In this document: one piece after another, positions 19,358 to 27,535 of the stretch
Position numbering within the stretch: position 1 is the stretch's first letter
Layout: the number at the start of each line of letters is the position of its first letter
Source of the DNA: a virus
Taxonomy: Duplodnaviria; Heunggongvirae; Uroviricota; Caudoviricetes
Virus record (IMG/VR): IMGVR_UViG_3300037851_000345
Location: 124,067 to 188,066 of that record
DNA: 64,000 nucleotides
Strand: one strand, 5' to 3'
Made by a program: the position numbers and the translations under genes
The notes under the pieces: generated by a model
Seen by the model: the letters and a program-made list of their open reading frames with translations, nothing else
What the model was told of the DNA's origin: nothing
Database searches by the model: none

Positions 19358-19790
19358 AAAATATTATAGGAATAAAACTATGAATTTTGAAAACAGAATA
19401 ACTCCAGAAAAAATTATCGAATTAAAAGAAAACGAAATTTTTATTTTCGGTTCAAATTTATCAGGACGGCACGGAAAGGGCGCGGCCAAGACAGCCCTGA
19501 ACAAGTTTGGAGCCAAGTGGGGCCGAGCGGCAGGATTACAGGGACGGAGTTATGGTATCCCGACAAAAGACCGCAGTATGAATGTCCTGAACTTGAACGA
19601 AATAGGACATTATGTAGAGAAGTTCATCAAGACGGCCAAGGCCAACCCGCAACTCACTTTCCTTGTTACGGAAATCGGTTGTGGATTGGCTAGGTTCTCC
19701 CCCAAGCAAATTGCTCCTTTGTTCGAAAAGGCAAAGGATGTCCCGAACATCCACCTTCCCAAACGCTTTTGGGAACAACTCAATAAATAA
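19314..19790 (+). CDS. hypothetical protein with Gly-rich motif FGSNLSGRHGKGAAKTA (possible macro-like or SLOG-type nucleotide-binding fold)
   Basis: Motif arrangement is a hydrophobic strand followed by a Gly-rich loop. Start may be the internal Met at 19380. Confidence 0.35.
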   Translation: MKRVKFYIATGVKNEKYYRNKTMNFENRITPEKIIELKENEIFIFGSNLSGRHGKGAAKTALNKFGAKWGRAAGLQGRSYGIPTKDRSMNVLNLNEIGHYVEKFIKTAKANPQLTFLVTEIGCGLARFSPKQIAPLFEKAKDVPNIHLPKRFWEQLNK

Positions 19791-19834
19791 CTTCCCCAAC
19801 TCTCTAAATCAATAAATATCTTTAGAGGTGACCT

Positions 19835-20938
19835 ATGAAACTAACCAAAGAAGATATCCAAAAATTTGCAACCGAAGACGAGAAGAAATCTTTAAAAGAA
19901 GATAAATTCAAGCCCGAAGATTGGTTTGCGGCAGACAGGGACAGAGTACATAATATGGAACTGCTCAAACAGGATATCGCTCTTGCGAAAAAGAAAATCA
20001 TCACCCACCACAAACGCCACGGAGCGCACGAAATGGGCGTAAGAAGTTGGGTTGATAAACTAGTTGGTAAATTGGAAGACAAGTGGAGAATAAATGACTT
20101 GGTGTACAGCGGATATCAACTAGAAAGAAAAATGGCTGAACTCCTTAAAGACTTTTGGACTTGGGCAGTTAATTACGAAGGTGGGCCTAATGGTGTTAAC
20201 CCCGAAGAATATTACAAAGTAAAAGAATCCAAGGAATTATCCGAACGCCGAAGAGGATATATCCCCCTTTACATCAAGCAGAAAAAAATTATAGATAGAT
20301 TCATCGAAGAGCATTATCACGATATCAAGCGTAGAAGTCTTTGGTTCAACGTTGATGATTGGCCTGAACTCTACGATGAAGTTGCCACTATCCGTGAAAC
20401 AGAAACCCTTTACCAAGACATCAATCGCTATGTCAGCGATAAACTGTCGGAAATGCCTAGAAGGGAATGGGAAGAAAATTTCGATCCATACATAACTGAT
20501 GAAGAGAGGGAATCATTACTAGAGGCAAACAATTACGACGAGAGGACATCTTTGAAGGAGTCTCTTGCTAATAATATAGCAATGAAACATATCGAAGATT
20601 CACAAAGGGATTTGGATATTTGGGAAGATGATATTCGTAAAATGTCCCCTGAAGAATTGGATGAAACCGAATTTGAATTCAAGTCAGCACGAGATAATAT
20701 AACTTGGAAAATTCAAAAATGGACAATTCCAGGAGAGCATCGTGAAGGCTTGAAAAACAAAAGAAAATTGTATCAGAAATATTTGAATAGATTGCGTAAA
20801 GTTAAAAAAGAAATAAAACTTTCTAATCCCGTTTTTTCTAAGAAAGACCCGCTTGGTTTTGGCAAGGCTATAAATTCAGACAGAATCAAAAATATGTCGG
20901 ATGAAGAATCCGAAATGATTTTAAAAATGTTCAAGTAA
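19835..20938 (+). CDS. hypothetical protein (charged, helical)
   Basis: 367 aa ORF with SD gaggtgacctatg. Confidence 0.45.
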   Translation: MKLTKEDIQKFATEDEKKSLKEDKFKPEDWFAADRDRVHNMELLKQDIALAKKKIITHHKRHGAHEMGVRSWVDKLVGKLEDKWRINDLVYSGYQLERKMAELLKDFWTWAVNYEGGPNGVNPEEYYKVKESKELSERRRGYIPLYIKQKKIIDRFIEEHYHDIKRRSLWFNVDDWPELYDEVATIRETETLYQDINRYVSDKLSEMPRREWEENFDPYITDEERESLLEANNYDERTSLKESLANNIAMKHIEDSQRDLDIWEDDIRKMSPEELDETEFEFKSARDNITWKIQKWTIPGEHREGLKNKRKLYQKYLNRLRKVKKEIKLSNPVFSKKDPLGFGKAINSDRIKNMSDEESEMILKMFK

Positions 20939-21391
20939 TTGGGGGTAACTACCATGACTGAAAATTTCGACAAGATAATGGAGTTTGTATTTAAGTGGGA
21001 AGGTTGGAAATCCAATGACCCTGATGATGCTGGCGGCAGAACAGTTTGGGGTATTGCAGAAAAATATTACCCCGAAGATGTGGAACTGATGTGGAACATG
21101 ACCAAAAAGGATTCACAGGAATATGCCAAGAAGATTTTCCATCGGGATTATTGGGATAGATGTAATTGTAACCACATACAGAAAGGCACTGACGCAATCG
21201 TGATGGACACTTGCGTAAACATGGGACATATCTTTGCTGAGAAGTTAAAAGGATATGATCCCTGCACCGCTGTCATCGAACGTATCAAGCGATACACGGA
21301 AATTGCTGCCGTAGGCAACAATATTAAGTTCTTGCGGGGGTGGATTCGCAGAGCCGTTGACCTGTACTACTTCGTGAAACTGAATTTTTAA
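20939..21391 (+). CDS. GH108-family lysozyme-like protein (endolysin candidate)
   Basis: FKWEGWKSNDPDDAGGRTVWGIAE matches the GH108 N-terminal EGGYxxDPxDxGGxTxxGI motif. Confidence 0.55.
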   Translation: MGVTTMTENFDKIMEFVFKWEGWKSNDPDDAGGRTVWGIAEKYYPEDVELMWNMTKKDSQEYAKKIFHRDYWDRCNCNHIQKGTDAIVMDTCVNMGHIFAEKLKGYDPCTAVIERIKRYTEIAAVGNNIKFLRGWIRRAVDLYYFVKLNF

Positions 21392-21403
21392 AATTATATA
21401 AAA

Positions 21404-22177
21404 ATGAAATTTATATTATTAGAAATACAAAGTAGACAAGAATATTTAAAAAATCCTAAACTTTGTAAATTTTGTCAGAAACCACTCCCGTATGAACATC
21501 ATACTGTTAAACAATTTTGTAGTAAATCGTGCGCGGCACAATTTAACAATAGTAACAGGATATTCAACCCAAAGGAAGATAAGCGAACAAAATACATTCC
21601 TTGTACTAGATGTGGGAAAACAACACTTATTAATATAAGAACTAATCCTAATAAGTCCTTTTGCCCTGATTGTAAAGAAATAATGAAACAACAAAAAAGA
21701 ACTAGAAAAAATACAAAACGGTTCAAACACACGTGTGCTTCTTGTGGTCGGGATTTTTTATCTTCTAAACAGAATACCAAATATTGTAGTGTATCCTGTG
21801 GGGCTAAACATATGATGTCTACAGGGAAAATAAAGTCTTGGAGTACGAGAAATATAAAAAGTTATCCCGAAAAATTCTTTGAAAGAGTATTACAAAATAA
21901 TAATCTATCTTATGAAATGAATAAGCCTGTTACTTTTAATGGTAAAACTTATTTTTTGGATTTTTATTTTGCTGATAAAAATATAGATTTAGAAATTGAT
22001 GGTAAACAGCACGATTATCCTGATAGAATTACTAGTGATTTAATTAGGGATAAGATTTTAAAGAAAAATGGGATAAAAGTGTTTAGAATTAAATGGAAAT
22101 CCATAAATACAGAAGATGGTAAGAACGAAATAAGAAAGAATATTCAAAACTTTTTGGATTTTTACAAAAATGATTGA
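21404..22177 (+). CDS. homing-endonuclease-like protein: Cys-rich zinc fingers + C-terminal DUF559/Vsr-like PD-(D/E)XK nuclease domain
   Basis: C-terminal YFLDFYF..LEIDGKQH..D..RD..L...G..V.R fits the DUF559 restriction-endonuclease-like fold. Paralogous to 29556 and 26653. Starts MKFILLE. Confidence 0.55.
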   Translation: MKFILLEIQSRQEYLKNPKLCKFCQKPLPYEHHTVKQFCSKSCAAQFNNSNRIFNPKEDKRTKYIPCTRCGKTTLINIRTNPNKSFCPDCKEIMKQQKRTRKNTKRFKHTCASCGRDFLSSKQNTKYCSVSCGAKHMMSTGKIKSWSTRNIKSYPEKFFERVLQNNNLSYEMNKPVTFNGKTYFLDFYFADKNIDLEIDGKQHDYPDRITSDLIRDKILKKNGIKVFRIKWKSINTEDGKNEIRKNIQNFLDFYKND

Positions 22178-22220
22178 CAAATGAAACACAATATGATATA
22201 ATATTTTTGGTAGTTTATTT

Positions 22221-22297
22221 GGGGATGTTGGCTAATTGGTAAGCCACTGCGTTTGGGTCGCAGTCATTTGGGGGTTCAAGTCCCTTCATCCTCACCA
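22221..22297 (+). tRNA. tRNA-Pro (anticodon TGG), CCA encoded
   Basis: Acceptor GGGGATG/CATCCTC, anticodon loop TTTGGGT and T-arm GGGGG-TTCAAGT-CCCTT folded by hand. Confidence 0.7.
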
Positions 22298-22341
22298 GAA
22301 TGAAGGGCTGTTTTGGATTTTCAAAAAAATTCCAAAAGGGC

Positions 22342-22370
22342 TTGACAGATACAACAACCTGTGTTATAAT
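22342..22370 (+). promoter_or_regulatory. sigma70-type promoter TTGACA-17-TATAAT with TGn extension
   Basis: cTTGACAgatacaacaacctgtgtTATAAT lies upstream of the tRNA array. Confidence 0.55.
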
Positions 22371-22627
22371 AGGTTATATTGACTCGTAGGCTACGAGTCT
22401 TAGGGTGTTTGACATTTTTGGTTTTGTGGCTTTTTGAAGTGGGGGTGATATTCCTTCGGCTTTCGGACTGTGGGTAATATTGCCCCCGCTTCTTTCTTAT
22501 CTCAATGGTAGTTTAATTTGGTTAGAACCCCATAACAGAGAGCATAAGTAATTATGCCGCTCACAACAGGCGATCTCGGTTCGAATCCGACCTAGCGAGA
22601 CAGCAATATTATATCTTTTTAATTAAT

Positions 22628-22700
22628 GGGGCCGTGGCACACAAGTAGGCGCGCCACGTTGTCAGCGTGGAATATGCGGGGGCAGTACCCGTCGGTCCCG
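22628..22700 (+). tRNA. tRNA-Asp (GTC); non-canonical T-loop GGCAGTA
   Basis: Acceptor GGGGCCG/CGGTCCC, anticodon arm CCACG-TTGTCAG-CGTGG and T-arm GCGGG-GGCAGTA-CCCGT. Confidence 0.6.
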
Positions 22701-23289
22701 CCATGCTTTTTTATGAGTCGGACTATCCAACGACAGAGAGCCGTCATTCCACTCTATGAGTAGCCTTGTAGACGTGCAGGTTCAGCGTTCATGCCGCAGA
22801 GGGTTGGCTCAACTCCTAGCAATTTTATTGTGGTGTTTTTCTTCGTATTCTTCTCCACCAAGATTAAAAAGAAGAAGTAGCAATTTTTTGGGACTGAACA
22901 TAGGCATTTCCTATTAAGTAGGCCCCTTTTGGCTGTTTACCAAGTGTAAGCGGTGCATAGAGGTTTCCTTCGCTGAACCATTTTGAAAAATCAGCGGAGT
23001 GGCGGGGTGATGGTCATTAGACCGTCCCAATTGAATCTAGTATGACCTAAAGTATCCCATGAAATTCGGCGGTCAGAAAGATTTTTATTGAGGTTAGTGG
23101 TGAGCCGTGGGGAGTGGTACTCGGAAGTCGTATCCTAGTTCCTATACTCAAAAAACCACCAAGGTAAATGGATGTAGTATTTCGTATTGAGTGTATTAAT
23201 AGATGTATCGCAGGAGGGAGGTCAATATCTCAGATGGTTTCATATGCCATCTTAAAATCGTGTAACTCGATTTCCTGCTACCATTCTTT

Positions 23290-23364
23290 CGCAGGATATC
23301 CTAGAGGCAAGGAACAAGTTTCATAAACTTGAAGCCGAAGGTTCGAGTCCTTCTCCTGCGACCA
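23290..23364 (+). tRNA. tRNA-Met/Ile2 (CAT), CCA encoded
   Basis: Acceptor CGCAGGA/TCCTGCG, anticodon arm CAAGT-TTCATAA-ACTTG and canonical T-arm GAAGG-TTCGAGT-CCTTC. Confidence 0.7.
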
Positions 23365-23376
23365 AAGCCATTTTAT

Positions 23377-23450
23377 GGCCCTATCGTCTAATAGCAGGAC
23401 AATGGTTTTTCAAGCCATGAACGTCGGAGCGTAACCGGCTAGGGCTACCA
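23377..23450 (+). tRNA. tRNA-Glu (TTC); non-canonical T-loop AGCGTAA, CCA encoded
   Basis: Acceptor GGCCCTA/TAGGGCT and anticodon arm ATGGT-TTTTCAA-GCCAT. Confidence 0.55.
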
Positions 23451-23459
23451 AGAAATATT

Positions 23460-23533
23460 TTCTCCATCGTCTAATATAATAGGACAGCGGCGGATATTTG
23501 CCGTCAATCCCTGAGTATCACAGGGTGGAGATT
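23460..23533 (+). tRNA. tRNA-like gene, atypical (8-nt anticodon loop GGATATTT; identity unresolved)
   Basis: The acceptor has 6 bp, the D-arm GTCT/GGAC, the T-arm CCCTG-AGTATCA-CAGGG. The anticodon stem GCGGC/GCCGT encloses 8 nt. Confidence 0.3.
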
Positions 23534-23554
23534 TTTTGTTGCTGTAGAGTAATT

Positions 23555-23626
23555 GGCCCTGTCGTCTAACGGTCAGGATGAAAGACCCTCAATCTTTAGG
23601 TCGGGTTTCGATTACCCGCAGGGCTA
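23555..23626 (+). tRNA. tRNA-Glu (CTC) with C33
   Basis: Acceptor GGCCCTG/CAGGGCT perfect, anticodon arm AAAGA-CCCTCAA-TCTTT and T-arm CGGGT-TTCGATT-ACCCG. Confidence 0.5.
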
Positions 23627-23868
23627 CTTTTGATTAGTAATGATATTAATAATATGGGTGCGATAGGGTTGGTAAGAAATCCAACAAGTACTCTAGTAGA
23701 TAGGAACTGACAATCTGAAGGGCTAGAATTACTGAAAAAAGAGTTTGTCACTTTGCTGGTGGAATTCCAGCCGCACCCAGCCGAAATTTTAAGCTCATTT
23801 AGTTCAATAAGAGAACTGGCGCCCGACAATCGTCGGACGGCGGGGCAGTACTATCATCGAGCATGTAT

Positions 23869-23953
23869 GCCGTTGTTGGGCAGTGTAGTGAGCCTAGCGC
23901 GCTGTAAACGCGTCCACCGCAAGGTGTTGGTAGTGCAATTCTACTCAGCGGCA
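23869..23953 (+). tRNA. tRNA-Tyr (GTA), type II with variable-arm hairpin
   Basis: Acceptor GCCGTTG/CAGCGGC, anticodon arm GCGCG-CTGTAAA-CGCGT, variable arm CACC-GCAA-GGTG and T-arm GGTAG-TGCAATT-CTACT. Confidence 0.55.
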
Positions 23954-24540
23954 CATTTTGTTCTTAGGTTTAAAGCATCCCTTAGAAGAATAGGATGCTA
24001 CCTTAGAATCCGTTGGCAGAAATAAATCTTCGACCTTCCACGACCAAGGCCGGAGATTTAGGTCGACGGACATAAAAATTAAAATTAGATGGAACTCAAA
24101 GGCAACGGGTTGTCGTGGAACCTGTTAGCCTCTGAGTAAGGTTCGATTTTAAGTCAGCCACCCTGCGAAATTATGTGACTTATATAATGGGACAGGGGTG
24201 GTGCTTTTAATACAGTTAGCGGAACCATTCTCAATCGCACAGAGATTTGGAACAATTCCGTTAGCGGTCAGTATAGTATAATATGGCAGAGAAAGAGAAT
24301 CGTCAGAAATTCGTTGGTGGTGCGACATTCGCAGATTTCTGTAGGTTCAAATTGGAGTGTTTAAAAAGTGTGCGGAAGGTCAGGCTGTTGGTAATACTGT
24401 TTGACCACGGTATTACCGATGGTCTCGCACCAAGATTGACTTAGGTTAAGGCAAAGTAGGCCAATTATACGAGCCTACATCTGCCTAAGTACTGCCCTCA
24501 TGCGTCAAGTCTCTGTCGGCAGTCATCCATTATAACTTTT

Positions 24541-24568
24541 GGGGTGGGATCACCCACCCCGCATTTTT
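24541..24568 (+). terminator. rho-independent terminator-like hairpin
   Basis: GGGGTGGG-atca-CCCACCCC stem followed by gcaTTTTT. Confidence 0.5.
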
Positions 24569-24650
24569 CTAGTTTCGATTTAAGACGTTAACCCCCGCCA
24601 GCAAAGTGCGGGGAATCCAACTTAAATTTCACCCGAAAGGGTGAACAGAT

Positions 24651-24721
24651 TGCCGTGTAACTCAATAGCAGAGTATTCGCCTTATAAGCGAAAAACGGTG
24701 GGGCAGTACCACCCACGGCAA
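24651..24721 (+). tRNA. tRNA-Ile (TAT); T-loop GGCAGTA
   Basis: Acceptor TGCCGTG/CACGGCA perfect, anticodon arm TTCGC-CTTATAA-GCGAA perfect. Confidence 0.6.
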
Positions 24722-24755
24722 GTTTCCCTGAATTTATATAAGTTCGGAGAGGAAT

Positions 24756-24831
24756 TGTGCTAATGGTGTAGGCTGGATAAACACACTCGCCGTCAAAGCG
24801 GGAGACTTGGGTTCAAATCCCAACGGCACAT
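24756..24831 (+). tRNA. tRNA-like gene with putative anticodon TCA (would read UGA); tentative
   Basis: Canonical T-arm TTGGG-TTCAAAT-CCCAA and acceptor TGTGCTA/CGGCACA at 6 of 7 bp. Anticodon arm CTCGC-CGTCAAA-GCGGG has an unusual G33. Confidence 0.35.
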
Positions 24832-25076
24832 GTGAAAGAAAAAGAATCTTATCATTCTAGACAAGATAAGGTTTTGAATTATTTCCCCTCTCCGTTATTT
24901 TGCAATAATTAAGAGGCAACCATTGGTGTACGGATGCACGTCCCTTGGCGGGGACAGAGAGGTTCAACTCCTCATTGGTGAGAATAGGGATTATTTCATT
25001 CATCTAGAAGGGTGGATAAAAACGATTTCTCAGCCTCTAAGCAATATTTCTTTAACACAATAACCCCTTTTATTAT

Positions 25077-25146
25077 GGGGCTATAGTATAACGGGAGTAC
25101 GACTGGCCTGCAACCAGTAAATCGGGGTTCGATTCCCCGTAGAAAT
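25077..25146 (+). tRNA. tRNA-like, anticodon arm reads TGC (Ala) but acceptor stem unresolved
   Basis: D-arm GTAT/GTAC, anticodon arm ACTGG-CCTGCAA-CCAGT and canonical T-arm CGGGG-TTCGATT-CCCCG. The 3' flank does not pair with the 5' GGGGCTA. Confidence 0.3.
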
Positions 25147-25174
25147 TTTTCAATTTTAAATTAACTATAAATAT

Positions 25175-25247
25175 GCCGCCGTATCTCAATTGGCAGAGGG
25201 TCAGTTTTGTAAACTGAATGTTGGAGGTTCGATGCCTCTCGGCGGCT
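25175..25247 (+). tRNA. tRNA-Thr (TGT)
   Basis: Acceptor GCCGCCG/CGGCGGC perfect, anticodon arm TCAGT-TTTGTAA-ACTGA and T-arm GGAGG-TTCGATG-CCTCT. Confidence 0.7.
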
Positions 25248-25251
25248 TTTC

Positions 25252-25323
25252 GCCTACTTAGTTCAATCAGCAGAATGAGAGTTTCGTAAACTTTAGACAG
25301 CGGAGCATAACCGTTAGTAGGCT
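25252..25323 (+). tRNA. tRNA-Thr (CGT); non-canonical T-loop AGCATAA
   Basis: Acceptor GCCTACT/AGTAGGC perfect and anticodon arm AGAGT-TTCGTAA-ACTTT. Confidence 0.6.
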
Positions 25324-25373
25324 GCTTACCTAATGAAGCGTCCAACGCTACGATACGTAAAGGGGATTAATTT

Positions 25374-25625
25374 ATGAATAAAAAATTAAAAGAATGGTTT
25401 GATGCTCACCCTAAAGAATGGCATGGTTGTCTGATTTGCTCACATTGGAATAAATATTCTTACTGTTATTATGCGTTCACTTCAAAAAGTGAAACCTGTG
25501 ATTTTTTTCTCAGAAAAGAAAAGGATATACCAAAAGAAAGATTGTGGAGATTTGGGAAAACCAAAAACAAAAGAAAGTTAGCATTGGTCAGAAAACAAAG
25601 TTTGCACGAATTGGCTTGTAAATAG
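25374..25625 (+). CDS. hypothetical small Cys-rich protein
   Basis: 83 aa ORF in a tRNA-free gap; CLICSHW...CYYAF...CDFF. Confidence 0.35.
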   Translation: MNKKLKEWFDAHPKEWHGCLICSHWNKYSYCYYAFTSKSETCDFFLRKEKDIPKERLWRFGKTKNKRKLALVRKQSLHELACK

Positions 25626-25626
25626 T

Positions 25627-25698
25627 GCCGCTGTAGTTTAAATAGCAGAATGAGGACTTGGTAAGTCTTAGACGGTGGGGCAGTACCACTCTGCGGCT
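25627..25698 (+). tRNA. tRNA-Thr (GGT); T-loop GGCAGTA
   Basis: Acceptor GCCGCTG/CTGCGGC at 6 of 7 bp, anticodon arm AGGAC-TTGGTAA-GTCTT. Confidence 0.55.
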
Positions 25699-25930
25699 TA
25701 TCGCTTATCTCATCTACCAAGTGTAGAAGGAGTTGGGCCATCGTTATGCGTTGGCCTTTCTGATAACCTAACCGCTAGCGGCGTGGAAGGACACCGCATT
25801 GTAGCGAAAGCCTATGTCCTCAATTGGACAAAACCCGTAACCCGAAAGACCAGGGTGGCAAGCGATACGGTTAAACTACAATGGCTAAATAACGGTCAGC
25901 GGGAATCAAGCCCCGCCTAGCGGTATTGTG

Positions 25931-25997
25931 CCCTATGATGTAATGGAAAGCAACAATCGCTTCAAACGATTGAGAAAGGGTTCGAATCCTTTTAGGG
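25931..25997 (+). tRNA. tRNA-like gene with canonical anticodon loop CTTCAAA (anticodon TCA, reads UGA); acceptor and D-stem weak
   Basis: The anticodon stem CAATCG/CGATTG is 6 bp and the T-arm AAGGG-TTCGAAT-CCTTT is canonical. The acceptor is approximate. Confidence 0.35.
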
Positions 25998-26009
25998 GTG
26001 CGAATTTCT

Positions 26010-26080
26010 GCGGGTTTGGTGTAATAGTAGCACCTGACGTTGCCAACGTTAGAGTATCGGGGCAGAGTCGATAATCCGCT
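26010..26080 (+). tRNA. tRNA-Gly (GCC); T-loop GGCAGAG
   Basis: Acceptor GCGGGTT/AATCCGC and anticodon arm TGACG-TTGCCAA-CGTTA. Confidence 0.55.
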
Positions 26081-26085
26081 TTTGT

Positions 26086-26168
26086 GGAGAGATGTCAGAG
26101 TGGTCTATCGTGGCGGTTTCGAAAGCCGTTCCCCGAAAGGGGCGCAAGTTCGAATCTTGCTCTCTCCG
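26086..26168 (+). tRNA. tRNA-Ser (CGA), type II
   Basis: Acceptor GGAGAGA/TCTCTCC perfect, anticodon arm GCGGT-TTCGAAA-GCCGT, variable hairpin CCCC-GAAA-GGGG and T-arm GCAAG-TTCGAAT-CTTGC. Confidence 0.6.
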
Positions 26169-26173
26169 TGTAG

Positions 26174-26244
26174 GACGGCGTGGCCGAACAGTCAGGCAGC
26201 GGTCTGCAAAACCGTCTAAATGGGTGCGACTCCCTTCGCCGCCT
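26174..26244 (+). tRNA. tRNA-Cys (GCA)
   Basis: Acceptor GACGGCG/CGCCGCC at 6 of 7 bp, anticodon arm GCGGT-CTGCAAA-ACCGT and T-loop TGCGACT. Confidence 0.5.
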
Positions 26245-26257
26245 TTTGAAATCTTAT

Positions 26258-26329
26258 GCGGGTTTGGTGTCAATAGTAGCATAAAAGTCTTCCAAACTTT
26301 AGGTACGGGAGCAAAGCCCGTAACCCGCT
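26258..26329 (+). tRNA. tRNA-Gly (TCC); T-loop AGCAAAG
   Basis: Acceptor GCGGGTT/AACCCGC perfect and anticodon arm AAAGT-CTTCCAA-ACTTT perfect. Confidence 0.6.
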
Positions 26330-26652
26330 CCAAAAATATGAGAGGTAAAAATAGAACAAGATAAACATGAATGTGAGTACAACAAAAGTCTTTTTTTAGT
26401 GGAAAAAAACTTCAGACTTTTCAGACACAAGAAAGTCTACTTTACTTGGGCGAAGGCTCTTGACGGGTGTATTGAATTTGGCTCCCATTTGACCTTTGCC
26501 AAAAATAATCGCAGATTTGAGATTTATTTTGACTTAGGACTTTTACGAAGAGTAATTATTATCAATATGCACGATGTTAGAGTGGGGGTGTAGTTTAGCG
26601 TATTTTTGATAACGGATGTCTCCGAAAACAATAAATAGTAGTAGGAGACAAA

Positions 26653-27375
26653 ATGTATTATTGTAAAATATGTGGAAAAGGATTTGAAATCAAACAACAA
26701 TTGGGTGGACATCGGGCTACCTGTGGAACTGTAAGGAAAAAAGGATATAAAAAAAGAACATATAGGGGCTTACCCATTAAATCCAAACCACCCAAAAATC
26801 CATTTGGAAAATGTAAATTTTGTGGGGAACAAGTAGGAAGAAGTATTTATCACCATGTCCCTGTGTGCATCAAAAATCCCAATAGAGAAAAAAATATTGA
26901 AGCACATCTTAAAAATCTAAAAAGAGGAAAAGACAATTCTTCCTCTAATCCTGAAATCAGACAGAAAATAGCAGAAACAGCAAAAAGAAAAATATTAGAA
27001 GGAACATGGCACAATTCATTTTCAAGAGCAAGAACCCATATTTACAAAGGTATTCATTTTTATGGCACTTGGGAACTGAAGTATGCAAAATATTTAGACA
27101 AAAAGAAAGTTAAATGGATAAAAAATAAAAAGACATTTCCTTATACCTATGAAGGAGAAGAACATAGATATACTCCTGATTTTTACTTGGAAAAAGAAGA
27201 TTCTTATGTGGAGATAAAAGGATACCCAACAGAAAAAGACAGAGCAAAATGGAGAGATTTTCCACACCCTTTAAAAGTTCTTTTTGGTAAAGATTTATTT
27301 GAAATGAATATTATTAATTGTTATAGAGATTTAGAAACTAAAAAAGATGTAAGGCGTGGGAGTGTGGCGCAATAG
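26653..27375 (+). CDS. homing-endonuclease-like protein (C2H2-type zinc finger N-terminus + PD-(D/E)XK-like C-terminal domain)
   Basis: CKICGKGF..GGHRATC is a C2H2-like finger. C-terminal YTPDFYLEKEDSYVEIKGY resembles the PD..E.K core shared with 21404 and 29556. Sits inside the tRNA array. Confidence 0.5.
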   Translation: MYYCKICGKGFEIKQQLGGHRATCGTVRKKGYKKRTYRGLPIKSKPPKNPFGKCKFCGEQVGRSIYHHVPVCIKNPNREKNIEAHLKNLKRGKDNSSSNPEIRQKIAETAKRKILEGTWHNSFSRARTHIYKGIHFYGTWELKYAKYLDKKKVKWIKNKKTFPYTYEGEEHRYTPDFYLEKEDSYVEIKGYPTEKDRAKWRDFPHPLKVLFGKDLFEMNIINCYRDLETKKDVRRGSVAQ

Positions 27376-27427
27376 GATAACGCGGCATCCCGTTAAGTTG
27401 AAGATTGGTGGTTCGAGTCCATCCACT
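27358..27427 (+). tRNA. tRNA-like gene, CCA encoded; anticodon unresolved (8-nt loop CGGCATCC)
   Basis: Acceptor GGGAGTG/CACTCCC perfect and T-arm GGTGG-TTCGAGT-CCATC canonical. The middle region does not give a standard anticodon arm. Confidence 0.35.
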
Positions 27428-27432
27428 CCCGC

Positions 27433-27524
27433 CATTTTTGTTGCGGTGGGGAAATTGGTAGACCCGCTACTTTGAGGTGGTAGTGCAGTAATGCATGAGA
27501 GTTCGACCCTCTCCCGCAACACCA
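27433..27524 (+). tRNA. tRNA-Leu (GAG), type II, CCA encoded
   Basis: Acceptor GTTGCGG/CCGCAAC perfect, anticodon arm CTACT-TTGAGGT-GGTAG, variable hairpin TGCA-GTAA-TGCA and T-arm GAGAG-TTCGACC-CTCTC. Confidence 0.65.
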
Positions 27525-27535
27525 ACGCAATTTTT

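Noticed and set aside
22577-22592. Canonical T-arm CGG-TTCGAAT-CCG suggesting a tRNA or tmRNA 3' end
   Set aside because: No 7-nt segment upstream, within 400 nt, pairs with the downstream acceptor candidates (CTAGCGA or CCTAGCG). No tmRNA tag-like reading frame or 5' GGGG...TTCGAC element was found, so it was left as part of an unresolved structured RNA.
23780-23868. Possible tRNA starting GCTCATT with D-arm GTTC/GAAC and a GGGGCAGTAC motif
   Set aside because: No consistent anticodon arm or T-stem pairing could be built. The 3' end does not complement the 5' end beyond 4-5 bp.
23753-24025. 90-aa plus-strand ORF from the six-frame track
   Set aside because: It is fully occupied by tRNA-Tyr (23869-23953) and flanking structured RNA, so the reading frame is incidental.
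24919-24980. 62-nt tRNA-like fold (acceptor ACCATTG/CATTGGT, T-arm GAGG-TTCAACT-CCTC)
   Set aside because: It is too short for a canonical tRNA and the anticodon region folds with a 6-nt loop. It is probably a degenerate tRNA remnant or minihelix.
26049-26364. Overlapping ORFs 26049..26333 (-) and 26092..26364 (+)
   Set aside because: The span is tiled by tRNA-Ser(CGA), tRNA-Cys(GCA) and tRNA-Gly(TCC). Open frames arise from GC-rich tRNA sequence.
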